64,000 nt of DNA from Mytilus californianus (Eukaryota), in assembly GCF_021869535.1 (NCBI RefSeq), contig NW_026262679.1, positions 92,775,982-92,839,981 of the forward strand. Direction: 5' to 3'. The notes beneath the pieces are model-generated. The model was not told the DNA's origin, made no database searches, and saw only the letters and a list, made by a program, of their open reading frames with translations. A program made the position numbers and the translations under genes. Each line of letters opens with the position of its first letter. The stretch's first letter is position 1. Below, one piece after another: positions 37,655 to 50,584 of the stretch.

Positions 37655-37664
37655 AATAAATAAA
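37655..37664 (+). promoter_or_regulatory. Candidate polyadenylation signal (overlapping AATAAA hexamers) about 650 nt after the WD40-gene stop codon
   Basis: 'ctttaataaataaaac' is the first canonical AATAAA downstream of the stop at 37001. There is no transcript evidence. Confidence 0.3.
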
Positions 37665-38289
37665 ACTTTTATACCGGTAATTTATATGATTTAGAATTCT
37701 AAAAATATATATATTGTATGTATGACTTGTACATTGTATGTGCAATTTCTCAAACATTTAATTTTTTTATATCACTGTCTCTACACAGATTGAATATGCT
37801 GTATTATATGTAGATTATCTGTACAATTTTTGGTGTACATATTTTCAGGATTTAGTTGTAATACAATACATAATTGTTATGTTATATTTTTGTTAGTAGA
37901 TTTGGTTCATTGATAGTTAGACAACTTTTATTCATTTATTATTCATTCTTACTTTTGACATTGGAATCTAAAGTCAAGTGTCATAAAAGAATGTCAGAAC
38001 AAAAATGAATGTTTAGAGATTACTTTCTGTATTATTGAACATTTCTTATGTTTTTGAATTAGGCAGGACTTTGTACATAATGTTTTAATATCAATCATTT
38101 ATAAACATTGTGTTAACATTGTGTTCACATAATTTTATAGAGCAAATCACCCTGTATAATTTGTGTTGAATTATTCACAATTCATTAGCATTTAGTTGAA
38201 ATGTGTGTAGTAAACATAGAGTAGTAATGATTTCTAGTGCAATGAACAAATAAAACATTGAGTTACAGTGTTAAATCAGTGTTATTATT

Positions 38290-38465
38290 CTCCCACTTAC
38301 CGGTACTGATGTGGGAGTATGTATTGATAATTTACACTCCCACTTACTGGTATTGATGTGGGAGTATTTATTGATCATTTACACTCCCACTTACCAGTAC
38401 TGATGTGGGAGTATGTATTGATCATTTACACTCCCACTTACTGGTATTGATGTGGGGTATGTCTT
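38290..38465. repeat. Tandem repeat of about 53 bp in about 3.5 units, each containing a 7-bp-stem hairpin (ctcccac...gtgggag)
   Basis: 'ctcccacttaccggtactgatgtgggagtatgtattgataatttaca' recurs. It lies about 1.3 kb downstream of the WD40-gene stop codon. Confidence 0.7.
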
Positions 38466-40962
38466 CATTATTTTCCTCTTTTGTCAATTCCAGTGTTCGT
38501 CTTTCTGTAACTTCTTATAAGCCATTAAAAGTAATTTAAAAGAATTCAGTGTGTAATGGTATAGTGCACCTTATATTTAAGTTTTTTCTCCATCGATTTT
38601 TTATGTTTCCCATAGCAAAATATAAAGTTTGCTATATTGGCAGGAGAGAAGCATTGTATATCCACAATTTTTTTTTAAATAACTGACTTGATTTCAATGA
38701 ATTTGGCCATGGTAACATAATGCCGTTGTGCGTTTCACATTTTTTATCTTAAGAATTTTGGGTTTTCCATAGCAAAACATAGACTTTGTCATACCGGGTA
38801 TGTAAACAAATGGTGGAGCAGGGTTATGACTTTTGTTAACCTTACTCACAGTTTTTATAGTTATCTTTTATGTTACCATTGATTGTGTTTGTTTTCTGCT
38901 AATATTGAAATCCCTAAATGCTATGTGCTCTGGTATTACAGTAAAAATAAAAAGTTATAATTAAGATACCTTCTATAAACTTTTTTTCAGACAAAAAATT
39001 TTGGATGGTGTTTGAACCAAACCAAATTATTGTTAGTTGGAATTTTTGCATATAAAAAATGATACAGTAACAAATCAAATTATCCTACCACAAGTGTATT
39101 GGTTATTCTGGTTAAAATTATACATGTATTTAAAAACTAGACCAAGGTTTATATCTGCAGAATATATATTTCACCTCATTTCTCAGTTTTTGGCCTTGAA
39201 CAATTTCCCACGGTGAAATTATGGTTTTATTGCATTGTTTAAATACATAATTGAAACAAATTTCATTTTGTCAACGATCAGTTTTTTACCTGTGACAAAT
39301 TTATGATTTTTCAATTACACTTCACCTTTTTTTTTAATAATTGTAACATGCATTAAATATGTAAGAAGTTGTTATTTTACTGACCTAGGTATAAGTTAGT
39401 ACCATTGGAACTGAAAATAGATATGCATGTATGACACATCTTTTTGCATAGGTCTCTCATTTAAATGTCAACATTGTTGATCACTCAAACAGAAAAGTAA
39501 ATTATTTTATTGTATAATTTAACAGATTATTTTGCAGGAGGTCTAATTTTATATATAATAAATCTAAACAAGTTGTAAAGTACTTGTCACTTTCTTTGGT
39601 CCAGTTTTTGGAAGATTCCCATATGTTTGATAAAATGTAAATATTTTTTTCAACTTTGCTTGATTTTAGTTTTCAGGATTTTTTAAATATATAATAACAG
39701 ACTATTTGGGGGTTGTTGTTTTTTTTTTTATTTTTGTTATATTTTTTTTTTTTGTCAATTTGTTCATACAATTATTAAATTTTGGGGGTGGTTAAAAAAA
39801 ATCATTAAAATTATTCATATTTTTTGTTCTACAAGAAAAGAAGCTGGTACACAAATATCCTCTATCTGAAAAATTGTGAAAGTGTATTTATAGGTTGTGT
39901 GTCAAAGACAAAAGAGAGAAATATAAATGAATGTTATGTAAGAAAATGAAGGAAGAAAGTAATTGATAAAAGATTGGATTGTGGTTTAACTGTAAAAAGA
40001 TGATATGCTAGAGTGAAAAAAGAGGAACAATGGATGAAGTAAGAAAAAGATAATAATTGGTTGATTGAAAGATGAAAGCAAGAAAAGTACTGGAAGTGCT
40101 GTGTCAGAATGCATGATGAAAGGGAGAAAAATAAAGTTTGAAATGGAAGATTAACAGAAATCTGAGGAATTCCTAAACAATCTTTTATTTAATTTTTTCA
40201 AAGAAAATTTACCATTTACCAACATGGCATTATATTTTGGATAAATTGTCTTTTAAAATTATATGTACCAGTTTTGTGATTTTGGCAATCTTCTACATCA
40301 GAAGCAATAGAAATCACAGATATTTGTTAACATTTTTTGTTGTTATAACTTTGTTTTTGATATTTTGAATAAAAATGATAATAAAACAAATGTTTTTTTC
40401 TTTTTACATTACTTTAAGATTAGAAGTATTTGTTATAACATGTTTTATATTAATGTCTCCTATCAGCTTATGATGATCTTGTTGTGTCGGGCTAAGAATG
40501 TGTGGCCCTTACTTCTAGTAATTTGCAATTAACTTTTCTATGCTATCCAGGTAAGACTTGAGACCCAAAGTAGAATTATATAGAAAATAAAAAAGGCATA
40601 AAAGTTAACAGGACAGTTACAGACCTATAACTTCTAAGAATAGATAAATATGAAATAAAATAGAGATGTTTGATGAACTTCATTTAGACAGCTGCCCAGC
40701 AACACACTGTAACCAAAATAGAAGACATCTACAGGTTACCATACAGCATTTAACAAGAGTCCACTGAATGGGAAGCTTTGAATTACCCAGAGTTTAAACA
40801 ATTTATGAATACATAAAGTAAAATGACAAAAGATTTAGATACTCTATGTTTCAATTACCTCAAGTCTCTCCATTATCTGTGTCAGTAGAAAAGTTGATAA
40901 AGTTTGAAAATGAATCAGAAAAAGTAAACTAGAAAAATCCCTCAATTCAGCTACTGTAAACC

Positions 40963-41153
40963 AACTAATTTCCATGGATACTTTATTTCGCGTTTTACTC
41001 TTTCTAGCTGACTTTGCAGCGATTAAAGTTAGTGATTTTCAAATTTTCTTGATGTAGTTGAATAAGGAAAGATCCAAGTTTTACATAATGTGACAATTTG
41101 TATTCGTGTTATTTTTCTACCTGCAAAAGGCGCGAAATTAGTTGGTTTACAGT
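40963..41153. mobile_element. MITE of about 190 bp with TIR 'ctgtaaaccaactaatttc..gcg'. It shares the CTGTAAA terminus with the 11598 MITE.
   Basis: Left end 'ctgtaaaccaactaatttccatgg...ttcgcg' and right end 'ggcgcgaaattagttggtttacag'. Confidence 0.6.
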
Positions 41154-41309
41154 TTATCAGTATTGCAGAAGACTTCCAGGAAAAAAACTACTTAATATAG
41201 TATATATATAATTATAAAATATCATTTCCAAATATGCTCACCATAACTAAAAGTAAATCCAAATAACTTTGAAATCAGCTGACATTGAAATCATTCTTGA
41301 TTAAACTGT

Positions 41310-41575
41310 GATGTATGTGCTGAATCTAACCATGTATTTAGATTTTGGATATTGGACCATAATAGGTAAATGTTCAAAATCAAATTTTTACGTTTTTTGA
41401 CCACATTCATTCTGTGTCAGAAACCTATGCTGTGTCAAATATTTAACAAAATATCCAAATTCAGAGCTGTATCAAGCTTGAATGTTGTGTCCATACTTGC
41501 CCCAACTGTTCAGAATTTTGACCTCTGCTGTTGTATCAAGCTGCACTCTGTGGAGCATTTCATCCTTTAAGTGTT
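41310..41575 (+). mobile_element. Truncated family-A element: one 135-bp unit plus tail only
   Basis: 'gctgaatctaaccatgtatttagattttggatattggaccataataggtaaatg...cagaaacctatgctgtgtcaaatattt...cagagctgtatcaagcttgaatgttgtgtccatacttgccccaactgttcag...' matches the 3' 250 bp of copies 1-3. Confidence 0.7.
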
Positions 41576-42729
41576 GATCAGATAAATATATATATATAAC
41601 TTATATGACCTTAGATTTAAACCTTGAATTTTTTCAAGGAATGCCAGTTTGAGTATGATCATATAAAAAACAACAGGACTCAGGTTATTTCATGATAAAT
41701 TTAATAACAATAAACCTACCCATTGAAAACAGAAACCAGCTATAACAGATATAATTATAATTATCACAATAAATAAGATGATTTCAACAAGTATGAAACT
41801 AAAACAATAATATATTTAGTATTCCTGATACTAAATTTATACATAAACAAGATACATGTATATATATATATATTCAGTTTATTAGAAAACAACACACATG
41901 TACTCGCTTATTAGAATGTTGATAGATTTTGTTAATTCATCTGTTTTAGTACCTATTCTTCTTGGTAAGTAGTATTTTCCTTTAAGTTGCCTGTAATATG
42001 AAAAATATTTACAGACAAATTACACATAATTAAAAAGACCTATTTTATACTTTATAACATTTCCAATTTAGGCCTTGCAGTCATAAAACTTTTGAGTATG
42101 ATTATCATACTCAGACTCAGAAATCAATCAATCAAAATACTAGATTTGGTTTTTCATGCACAATTTTATGACCATACACCTTCTCAGCTTGTACTAAACT
42201 GGATGAATGTATATGTCAAGTTGAAGCTGCTATCCTGTATGGAGAATCTGATTTAAGTGCAGCTTCTATTCATAATGTTTTAATCCAAGGAAAATATATT
42301 TTTATGGTTTTTCAAGCTGCTAGTACATTGTATATGTCATTTTGTGATTACAGTTCAAAAGCTTCTATACACTTTACACACTTGGGACAGTTGTTAAGGC
42401 ACAAATTGCTCAAAAGTTTTGAGTGTTTATTAAATAGCTACTATGTATTAAATGAAATGAATAAATGCTTTAAATTTATTGAGCCAGACAAGTTGCGACA
42501 AGCTAGTTTTTCAAAGTTATGAAATCAAAACATCATTATAAGATATGGCCCTATTAACCAGTTTCTGAGTACTCAACTCTAACCCTATTATTTTCAACAG
42601 TCAAAAAATGAAATAAACTGCACAACAAAAAATCATTCAAGAAAACTGAGGTAAGAAATTACAGTAGCACAATGAATGTATAAGCTATTATTTCTTTTGT
42701 TGTGGATTTGAAGTAGAAGAAACTAGGGT

Positions 42730-43760
42730 TTTTATGCCCCTGCCGTAGCGGAGGGGGCATTAAGTTTTACCCTTGTCCGTCTGTACGTACGTCCTTCCGT
42801 CCGTCTGTATGTCCCAAAGTTGGTTTCCGTTCTCTAACTTTAGTTTGCTTCAACCGAATGTTATGAAACTTATACAAAATGCTTATTACCACAAAACACA
42901 GATCAAGTTTGAATTTTGGTGGCATCACATTTACCATTGTTGAGTTATGCCCCTTTACAAATGAAAAAAAATGCTGAATTTTTTGTTTCCGTTTTCTAAC
43001 TTTAGTTTGCCTCAACCAAATGTTATTAAACTTACACAAAATGCTTATTTCCACAAAATACAGATCAAGTCTGAATTTTGGTGGTGTCACTTCAACCGTT
43101 GTTGAGTTATGCCCCTTTACAAATGAAAAAAATGCTGATTTTTTTGTTTCTGTTCTCTACCTTTAGTTTGCCTCAACCAATTTATTAAACTTATATAAAA
43201 TGCTTATTACCACAAAATACAGATCAAGTTAGAATTTTGGTGGTGTCACTTCAACTGTTCTGGAGTTATGCTCATTTACAAATGGAAAAATATGAATCTA
43301 ATATCTGTTCTAAAAATATCAATGATGTAATTGTTAAAATTATTTTTTTAAATTGAGTTATCTTCCTTTGTCCATAATTGTAGTTGAATCAACTACAATT
43401 ATGGACAAAATTAATTTTAACAATTACATCAACTACAACCAATGCTTTATACAATGCAATGTTCACTGGAAAAATTAAAACAATCTTTACCCTTCAGTGC
43501 TTACAAGCACTTTGATTAATGTTCTTCAGTGTTGTCCCTTTATAACCTTATATGATATTTTGTTTTCGTTCTCTAACTTAAGTTTGTCTCAACTAAATTT
43601 AATGAAATGTATATATAATGCTTATTAACACTTAACTCAGTTTAAGTTCAAATTTTGGAAGCGTCACTTTTACAGTTCTTGAGCTATGTCCCTTTATAAT
43701 GTTATATGCTAACGGGGGCATCATCTGTGTCCCTATGGACACATTCCCAATTTATTTTAT
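42730..43760 (+). mobile_element. Family B composite element copy. It has head, (GTCCGTCC/GTACGTAC) microsatellite and 3-4 units, and is interrupted at about 43300-43550 by a palindrome-bearing insertion before the last unit and tail.
   Basis: Head 'tttatgcccctgccgtagcggagggggcattaagttttacccttgtccgtctgtacgtacgtccttccgtccgtctgtatg'. The tail reads '...ggggcatcatctgtgtccctatggacacattcccaatttatt'. Confidence 0.65.
43335..43435. repeat. Near-perfect nested palindrome of about 100 bp (foldback or hairpin MITE) inside family-B copy 2
   Basis: 'gatgtaattgttaaaattat...tttgtccataattgtagttgaatcaactacaattatggacaaaattaattttaacaattacatc'. The inner 21-bp arms are perfect. Confidence 0.7.
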
Positions 43761-43799
43761 ATTTTGATGATGATCTGCTGACAGATATCTGAAAACCAA

Positions 43800-44400
43800 A
43801 CATTTTCCAAAATTTCTGTGTATTAATTGCTTGCTGTGACCTTTACCTTTGAGCCAAAGGTGCATTATCAACCAAAGATTGGTAAACATCTGATTTTTGG
43901 CGCCAAAGGATATTGTCTATAAATGAATCTTTTTCCAAAAATGTTTGTCTATGGAAAGGCCTTGTGACCTTTACCTTTGACCTACTAACCCCAAAATCAA
44001 TAGGTGTCTTCTTCTTTCCATGGGTCATTTTTAAGATAAGTTTGATGAAGGTTGGACAGTTCAACATATATCATATGGAAACCATAATTTTAACTCAATT
44101 TTAGTCTATAAATTGCTGCTGTGATATTTTACCTTTGACCAAGTGATCAAAATCAATAGGGTTTTTTTCAACCATAGTGCATTATCCGCTAAAGATTTTA
44201 AGTATTTTTTTCATTCCATTGCACTGTGACCTTGACCACTATGATGACATACAAATACATTATTAATGTTTTTTCTACCAAATGACATCAGCTAGCTAAT
44301 TTTGCTAACCGATGGACATGTGGTTCAACAGAATGTCTGGAAATTCAATTGTAATCTTGACCTTTGACCTATTAACCTCAAAACCAGCAGGGGGATACTT
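43800..44400. repeat. Degenerate tandem/dispersed repeat with a 'gtgacctttacctttgacc' core, possibly related to the 62.5-64 kb satellite
   Basis: The motifs 'tgtgacctttacctttgagcc', 'cttgtgacctttacctttgacctactaacc', 'atcttgacctttgacctattaacctcaaaacca' and 'ctgtgaccttgaccact' recur with similar spacing. Confidence 0.45.
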
Positions 44401-45444
44401 TGCATTATGTTAATTCTCAAATCACCAAGTTTTATAAAGCTATTGTTTATGGTTCAAAAAACCTTATCCAGAAACCTAAATGTTTTCACATGTGTGTTGT
44501 GTGTTTTGTGTTTTATGACATTACAAAAATATCATCACAATTTTGATCAAACCTTTAGTGGGCTAAGGCGTAGGAAAATGTTTTATGGATTTCAAAGTTT
44601 AAATATTAGTACACACAATGTCTTTAGATATTCAACATACCACAAAGCTTCTCTCTTCTGTTTCGTATTATTTGTAGTTCATTCTTCATCTTTAGTATCG
44701 AACACAATACATTTAGTTTTACCTGAAATTGACAGATGGATAAAAAATTGCAAAAAAAGGGCTTAAGTTTGTCCAGAGACCTATATACACATATATATGT
44801 CTCTGGTTTGTCTTTTATCAGCAAAAATATAAATCTAAAGAAAAGGTCGACTTACACTGATTTCATTTCGAGAATAGAAATCATATTTAAGATACTTACT
44901 ATTTTCTATAGAATGGAAATAAGATATAGACCTTTAAATTAAAGTTTTTTTCAAAAGGTTTTGTTCAATAATTTGAATAAATTTAGCATCAATCGACTCA
45001 ACAAAAATCTTACATCATATAAACAAGATGATTGATTTACGATATAAATCGCACATGTATCAACATATTATAACTAGCAAGTTCTAACTCTTAAAAATTG
45101 TCAGGTATAGGTCGGTACAATGTATTAGATTCAATATCGTTCATATGTTCAGAGACATATAATATAATAATTGTATTATATGTCTTTAATATTAGACTCA
45201 TCAAGAAAGATAAATCAACAATGGGATGCTGACCTCAAGACACTTTAGTAGTGTTAATACATTGTTATCTATATATAGAGAGAAGGGAAACTTCTACGTC
45301 ATTTGGTCTCTGTTGGAGATCTGTCTCATTGTCAATCATACCACAACTTCTTATACATTAATTTCAATAATAGGTGAATGACTGTAACGGAGACCAGAGG
45401 GTAGCGGTAGCTTCAGATGCGTTTAGTAGACGTAATTAAGGGGT

Positions 45445-46053
45445 TTAAAATTCTAACAGATGGAGACATACCTGTCTTTCGGTTGCAGCAGTTTTCCTTG
45501 TAATCTTTCCTTTCTTTGAATGAGGATGTTGATGACAAGATTCACGTGCACATGAATGAGGATGCTGATGACAAGATTCACGTGCACGCCTATGCGGGGA
45601 CACAGTTGATTTAGTACCAGTTATTCTTGCAGATTCATTCAACCAGGTATCTATGTTATAGAGTGGTTCATGTGCAGACTCTTCAGTGATTTCGTAGATG
45701 GTGGATTCATGTTTATTTTTCTCTGCGATTGCTGGTTGTATTAAATAGCGCTTTTCCCTCTTTGAAGTGCCTTCATTTTTAATGATTTCTGCATTTTCTA
45801 ACGGCTCTTTGAATATGTAAAGTGTTCTCTTCGGGCTTTTTGGTTGACAGTTGTTATATCTATACTCATTCTTGCTCGATTCTCTTCTCCCCTCTGAAAT
45901 ACTGCTATTGCGGTATTGTTTCTGTATGACTGTTGGATTTTCTGACAATTTTTTAACGCCGGTCGTCAAGGGCGAAATGAAAGGAGTAAGAAATTTTCTT
46001 TTCTGTGATGACTGAGACGACATGGCTATTCTGTAAAATGGCAACAAAGACAT
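45445..46053 (-). CDS. Hypothetical single-exon ORF of 202 aa, basic and low-complexity, with an internal 11-aa tandem duplication (ARESCHQHPHS, twice). Doubtful.
   Basis: It is the longest minus-strand ORF in the intergenic region. No recognisable domain is present. A SINE-like fragment lies immediately 3' of it on the same strand. Internal 33-bp duplication at 45518-45585. Confidence 0.2.
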   Translation of the reverse strand: MSLLPFYRIAMSSQSSQKRKFLTPFISPLTTGVKKLSENPTVIQKQYRNSSISEGRRESSKNEYRYNNCQPKSPKRTLYIFKEPLENAEIIKNEGTSKREKRYLIQPAIAEKNKHESTIYEITEESAHEPLYNIDTWLNESARITGTKSTVSPHRRARESCHQHPHSCARESCHQHPHSKKGKITRKTAATERQVCLHLLEF

Positions 46054-47564
46054 ATAAGCCTGTTGGACAATTCGTCTTTACAAAAAATCAAACGGCTATT
46101 GGAAAATGTACAATAACTATAGCTCATTTTCGTTTTCATACATCGAGAAAAATGGACATTCAAAATTGTTTTAAAGTCAGAACGATTATCAGTAACTCTG
46201 GTCCGCGGAAAAAAGTGAATTAAGTTACAACCACTAACAATGGTAACTTAAAATTCGTAGTTTACGGCCTTTCATATTTTGTTATTGTGTTGTTTGCTTC
46301 CTTGCTGTCTCTTTGACGTTTGTCTCACATTTTTTTATTCATATATAATATTATGCAAACTTGAAACTGATTTTGCAACAGACTATTAAGGTAAAATCAG
46401 TTACAATCACTTGTGATAACAGACGTGATAAAGAAAGTTCTGATACCTGTCCATCCCTAGAAAATAATATAGAACAATAGAATGATATCTTAGGTGTATT
46501 TTGCGTCTTCAGAAAGGCGTATAAGTCCTGAAATTAAATATTCTAGTATTTCAGAACAGAAACGGAAGTATTTTCATTTTCCTTTAAATGCTAAGTTTTT
46601 TTTTCTAGGAAAGTTGCTTTTCATTGAACAAAGTATACAAAGAATTGTATATTGCACGCCAGAACATTACATTAACCTCTGACAAATAGCGTGTTACTAC
46701 AGTCTAAAGTCCGCTTATAAGGAAGTATTTTAAAACAGTCTGCTGATTGCATTTATAGAGTATCATAGTTCCATCTGAAAATTGTTAAAATGTTCCACGA
46801 AGTCCAATAAAACATTCTACAATTAATATTTAGTCTGCAATGGACAAAAAACTAGGAAACAAATTGAAAAAAAAGGATTTAAAACGGCAGTGCATCTATA
46901 CTATGAATTATCTAAGTTAAGTTCAAAGCGAAAGAAAATATCATCGGCGTGTTTTCAAAACTTTTATTTTCAACTTGCAGTAAAAACATCACAAGGCATT
47001 ATAAATTTACTCCACATTATACTCAAGATGTTCACAACACATAAGTCTATTAGATGTCTGTGATAATATGTCTGAATTTTGTCCTTTGTTACTGCTTTAA
47101 ATCTTCAATAGACCTCTAACTGCCATAATTTTCAGATCTTCCCATTCAAAATTAGATATGAGCAACGCTGTTGCCCAACGGATTACCAAAAAGTGTCTTA
47201 TGCACATGTTGATTTAAAGGAAGCATATTACATCATAAATAATTCGATATGTGTAAAATGATAATTTTCGTCAAATATTTCAAAATATATTTTGACATAT
47301 CCGGCAATAACATCGTAAAGGACATTACTGTATGAGATAACCGGTTAATTAAATCATTTTGTTCATCTATCAATAAAAATTAACATATTTTTGAAAGGAA
47401 TGAAGAAATTGACAACTTATGCAATTTCAGGGTGCCAAATAATGACTTTTATGATACATCAGATCTCCCTTTCTCTTGCCTCCTTTGGTGTTTTTAACAA
47501 AATATTTGCTTTATGCAACAGATCTGTTTGAAACCCTCAGACAAACTCATAATTATAATCTATG

Positions 47565-47720
47565 GAGATGTGGTACGATTGCAAATGAGACAACTATCCA
47601 TCAGAGTCCAAATGCAAAGCGGATTAAAACAACTATAGGTCTCCGTACGGCCTTCAATAATGAGCAAAACCCATATCGGCGTATAGTCAGCTATATATAT
47701 AAAAGGACCAGGTATGACAA
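47565..47720 (+). mobile_element. SINE-like repeat, head-only copy
   Basis: 'gtggtacgattgcaaatgagacaactatccatcagagtccaaatgcaaagcgg...ggccttcaataatgagcaaaacccatatcgg'. Confidence 0.65.
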
Positions 47721-49559
47721 CAGATACGTAGATACCGTTGATACGTAAGTTTTGTTTGTTCTTCAGGTCCCTCTTGATTTCATTTCATTATTTAAGAATT
47801 GTTCACGTCATTCAAGTGCATGCAGCATTGCCGAATGTCACGTAATTAGCTATATATAATCCCTTACGTATCACCCTCAAATCAAGAAATTTAATATTTA
47901 TTTATTATTTCACATAAATGAATTTTGACAGAATCGTAGCTTCTTTTGTTGATATATATCAAATTGAGTAACACGGGTTCTACTGTTCCTTAAGGGGCCC
48001 GGCTCTTTTTCCCTGCATGGAACTCGGAACACATATAATTATTTCTTATATTTTTTCAATGTGCTTCTTTAAAAATTCTAATTTTCTAAAACGTATCTTC
48101 ACCTCTGAATATTATCAAAACCATAATATGTAAATTTTACATCAAATACCGCAATTTGGGGAAAATACAATTATATTGATTCAATTTTCCGCTTCCATAG
48201 CATAAGAATTCGAAATATATATTTGAAGAAGAATGCAACGCCCCCCCCCCTGTTTTAATTGTATAAACCAAACAATATTCAATTTATAAAATATACTCTG
48301 ATTTCATGGGGAAACTTCTCACCATTTAAAAAAAATATCAAAGGGGCAATACAAAATTATTTAGTCACAGATTGAGAGACAACCACATTCCTTAAAAGGA
48401 AAAAGACTAAAAAAAAACAGACAATATGCCACAAAACATTACACAGGAAAGTAATGAAAATGAATTGTTGAAAGTCAATTTACATTTAAATTTTACAACA
48501 TAGGTAGATCAAAATTGGACTAACAAAAAGTTAGCTCACTATAATAAGGATTTGAATTGTCGGTTTACATGGTGACGTATATATACAGTTTTAAATGGAA
48601 AATTAAATTTAACCATTATCGAACTGCTTGTCTTTATTCTGTCTCTGCTTCAACGTGTATATGCGGTTACCATGCAGTGGTATTGGCGCTTTATTTGTGC
48701 TTTCTATAATAGTTTTATCATTTGTTTTGTTCGGTTTATGAATGTAGACCAGTATAATTGTATATTTTTTGTCTCTTTATCGGCTTTATGTCATGCTTAG
48801 ACTAGGAATAAAGATGACATGCTCAGATTACAAACATTTTTGTTATTTGACATTTCTTTCCTGGCAATATAATTATCTGTAACGCTGTTGTAATATATGT
48901 GAATATAATTCTTTTCATATTGATCGAATCGGATGCAACAGTTGGACATTTTTTCAATTCGAATGTCACACGCAACTACAAGTTTGCCATCTGTTGATGT
49001 TCGTCATGATTTTTCATATTAAATGTCGTCACCACTTTATACCATCACACATATACATATATTATTTTCGCTTAAATTGCGACATTTACCATATATGGGT
49101 TGTTTACTCGTATTATATTCTACTCCAATTTCCTATTTATTTGTTGTTTATTATACTAGCGTTTAAAAACATCGATGAAAAGAAGATTAAAAAATAGTTA
49201 CTCTACCAGTGCCTGTTTAACAACTGTTTGTTAATTTAACTAAAATATCTGACGGCGATTCAAGTGAATCCCATCCCCATTTGTCCAAAATATATTAAAC
49301 ATCAACTACGCAACATGAAAATGCCGACTTAATCCAGTCGAAAAACGATAAACACAATAATCAAAATGTAATTACACGCAACTATATTGCATGTGTGCAC
49401 GTAACTGCGTTTAATATTACATAATAGTGAGTCTATTATTTTTTTGATAATATTGAAAATCAAGTTGTTCAACGTGAAATCTAACAGTATCTTTAAAAGC
49501 CACAACAAACTGTAATGAGAAATTCGTTTGTTCTTCATAAATATTTTGTGTAACCACCA

Positions 49560-49600
49560 ACCCCCTCCTCCTCCCCCCCCCCCCCCCCCCCCCAAAAAAA
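49560..49600. repeat. Homopolymer tract: about C30 followed by A7
   Basis: 'ccccctcctcctcccccccccccccccccccccaaaaaaa'. Confidence 0.8.
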
Positions 49601-50584
49601 TCTTATTGAAATACAGATTCAGCATGGAAACATGATCTGTATTTAAATCAGATTGACCACCCCTCAAAATTCGGCACGGTCCAACTTACATACTCTGGAC
49701 TTGGGACAGACACATATAGAATATGGCGGGGGTAAACATGTTTGCAGGTTCCAAACCCTATCCTCGCCATAACATGGGCAGTGGTGTAACAGCACAACAA
49801 CAAAAAAGAACAAACTATAAAAACATGTTTTTTTTTTTCATTTCAGAATGGAATTCTGCTGCCAATATTTATCTTCGTCCATCTTATTCTCTGCTTTTAA
49901 GAACGATGATGTTTTCTAGTCGGATCAAAAATAAGGTCGTACACAGTTGAAATGTACTTATACCAAACCAGATAACACGTGTATCTTCAATTTAAATTAA
50001 TTTTTCAATCATAATTAGTAATGTGCAATTTCTCATACTAAATATATATATAAGTTCGACAGAGCTTTTTCTGATATTATCGAACTTTTATTGCATAAAA
50101 TAAAAAAGCTTAACGGGGTTAAGTGATACTATACAATACATTTATACAATATGCCAAAAACATAATAATTTTTATTACTTCGTAATAATAATTGATAAAA
50201 ATGAACATTATATCGAACTAATTCTAATTAAAAATGTGATATATTTAGATTTGGAACTGTGTAAGTATTTTTCATGGTTATTTCATTTTTGAATTATTAA
50301 GAAAAATAAGTTTTAACCGTTGTCCATGTTGACATTTTGTCCCGTGGTGAGCTGAAGACTGTATGGTGACCCCTCGAAATCGTTTGGTTAGTTTTGCAGT
50401 TGGGTTACTGTATCGTGGGCATATAACCCGACATCTCCTTTTATTCGCCATAGACATAATTTGGTTCAAAATAAAAACAACAGAGGTATAGTTTGCTAGA
50501 TGCTTTGATGTAAAACAAAAAATATTTTTTTAACTAGCTACAACGCTTTGCAACATGCATGAGTTAGACCTCTGTATAAAAATA

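Noticed and set aside
42730-43300. The head 'tttatgcccctgccgtagcggagggggcatt' as a possible structured small-RNA gene (strong GC hairpin)
   Set aside because: The same hairpin starts every family-B element copy and is followed by microsatellite and array. It is better explained as a transposon terminus.
44407-44942. ORFs 44407-44766(+) and 44736-44942(+)
   Set aside because: They are AT-rich and low-complexity with no splice or codon-usage support. They are adjacent to the degenerate TGACCTTTGACC repeat.
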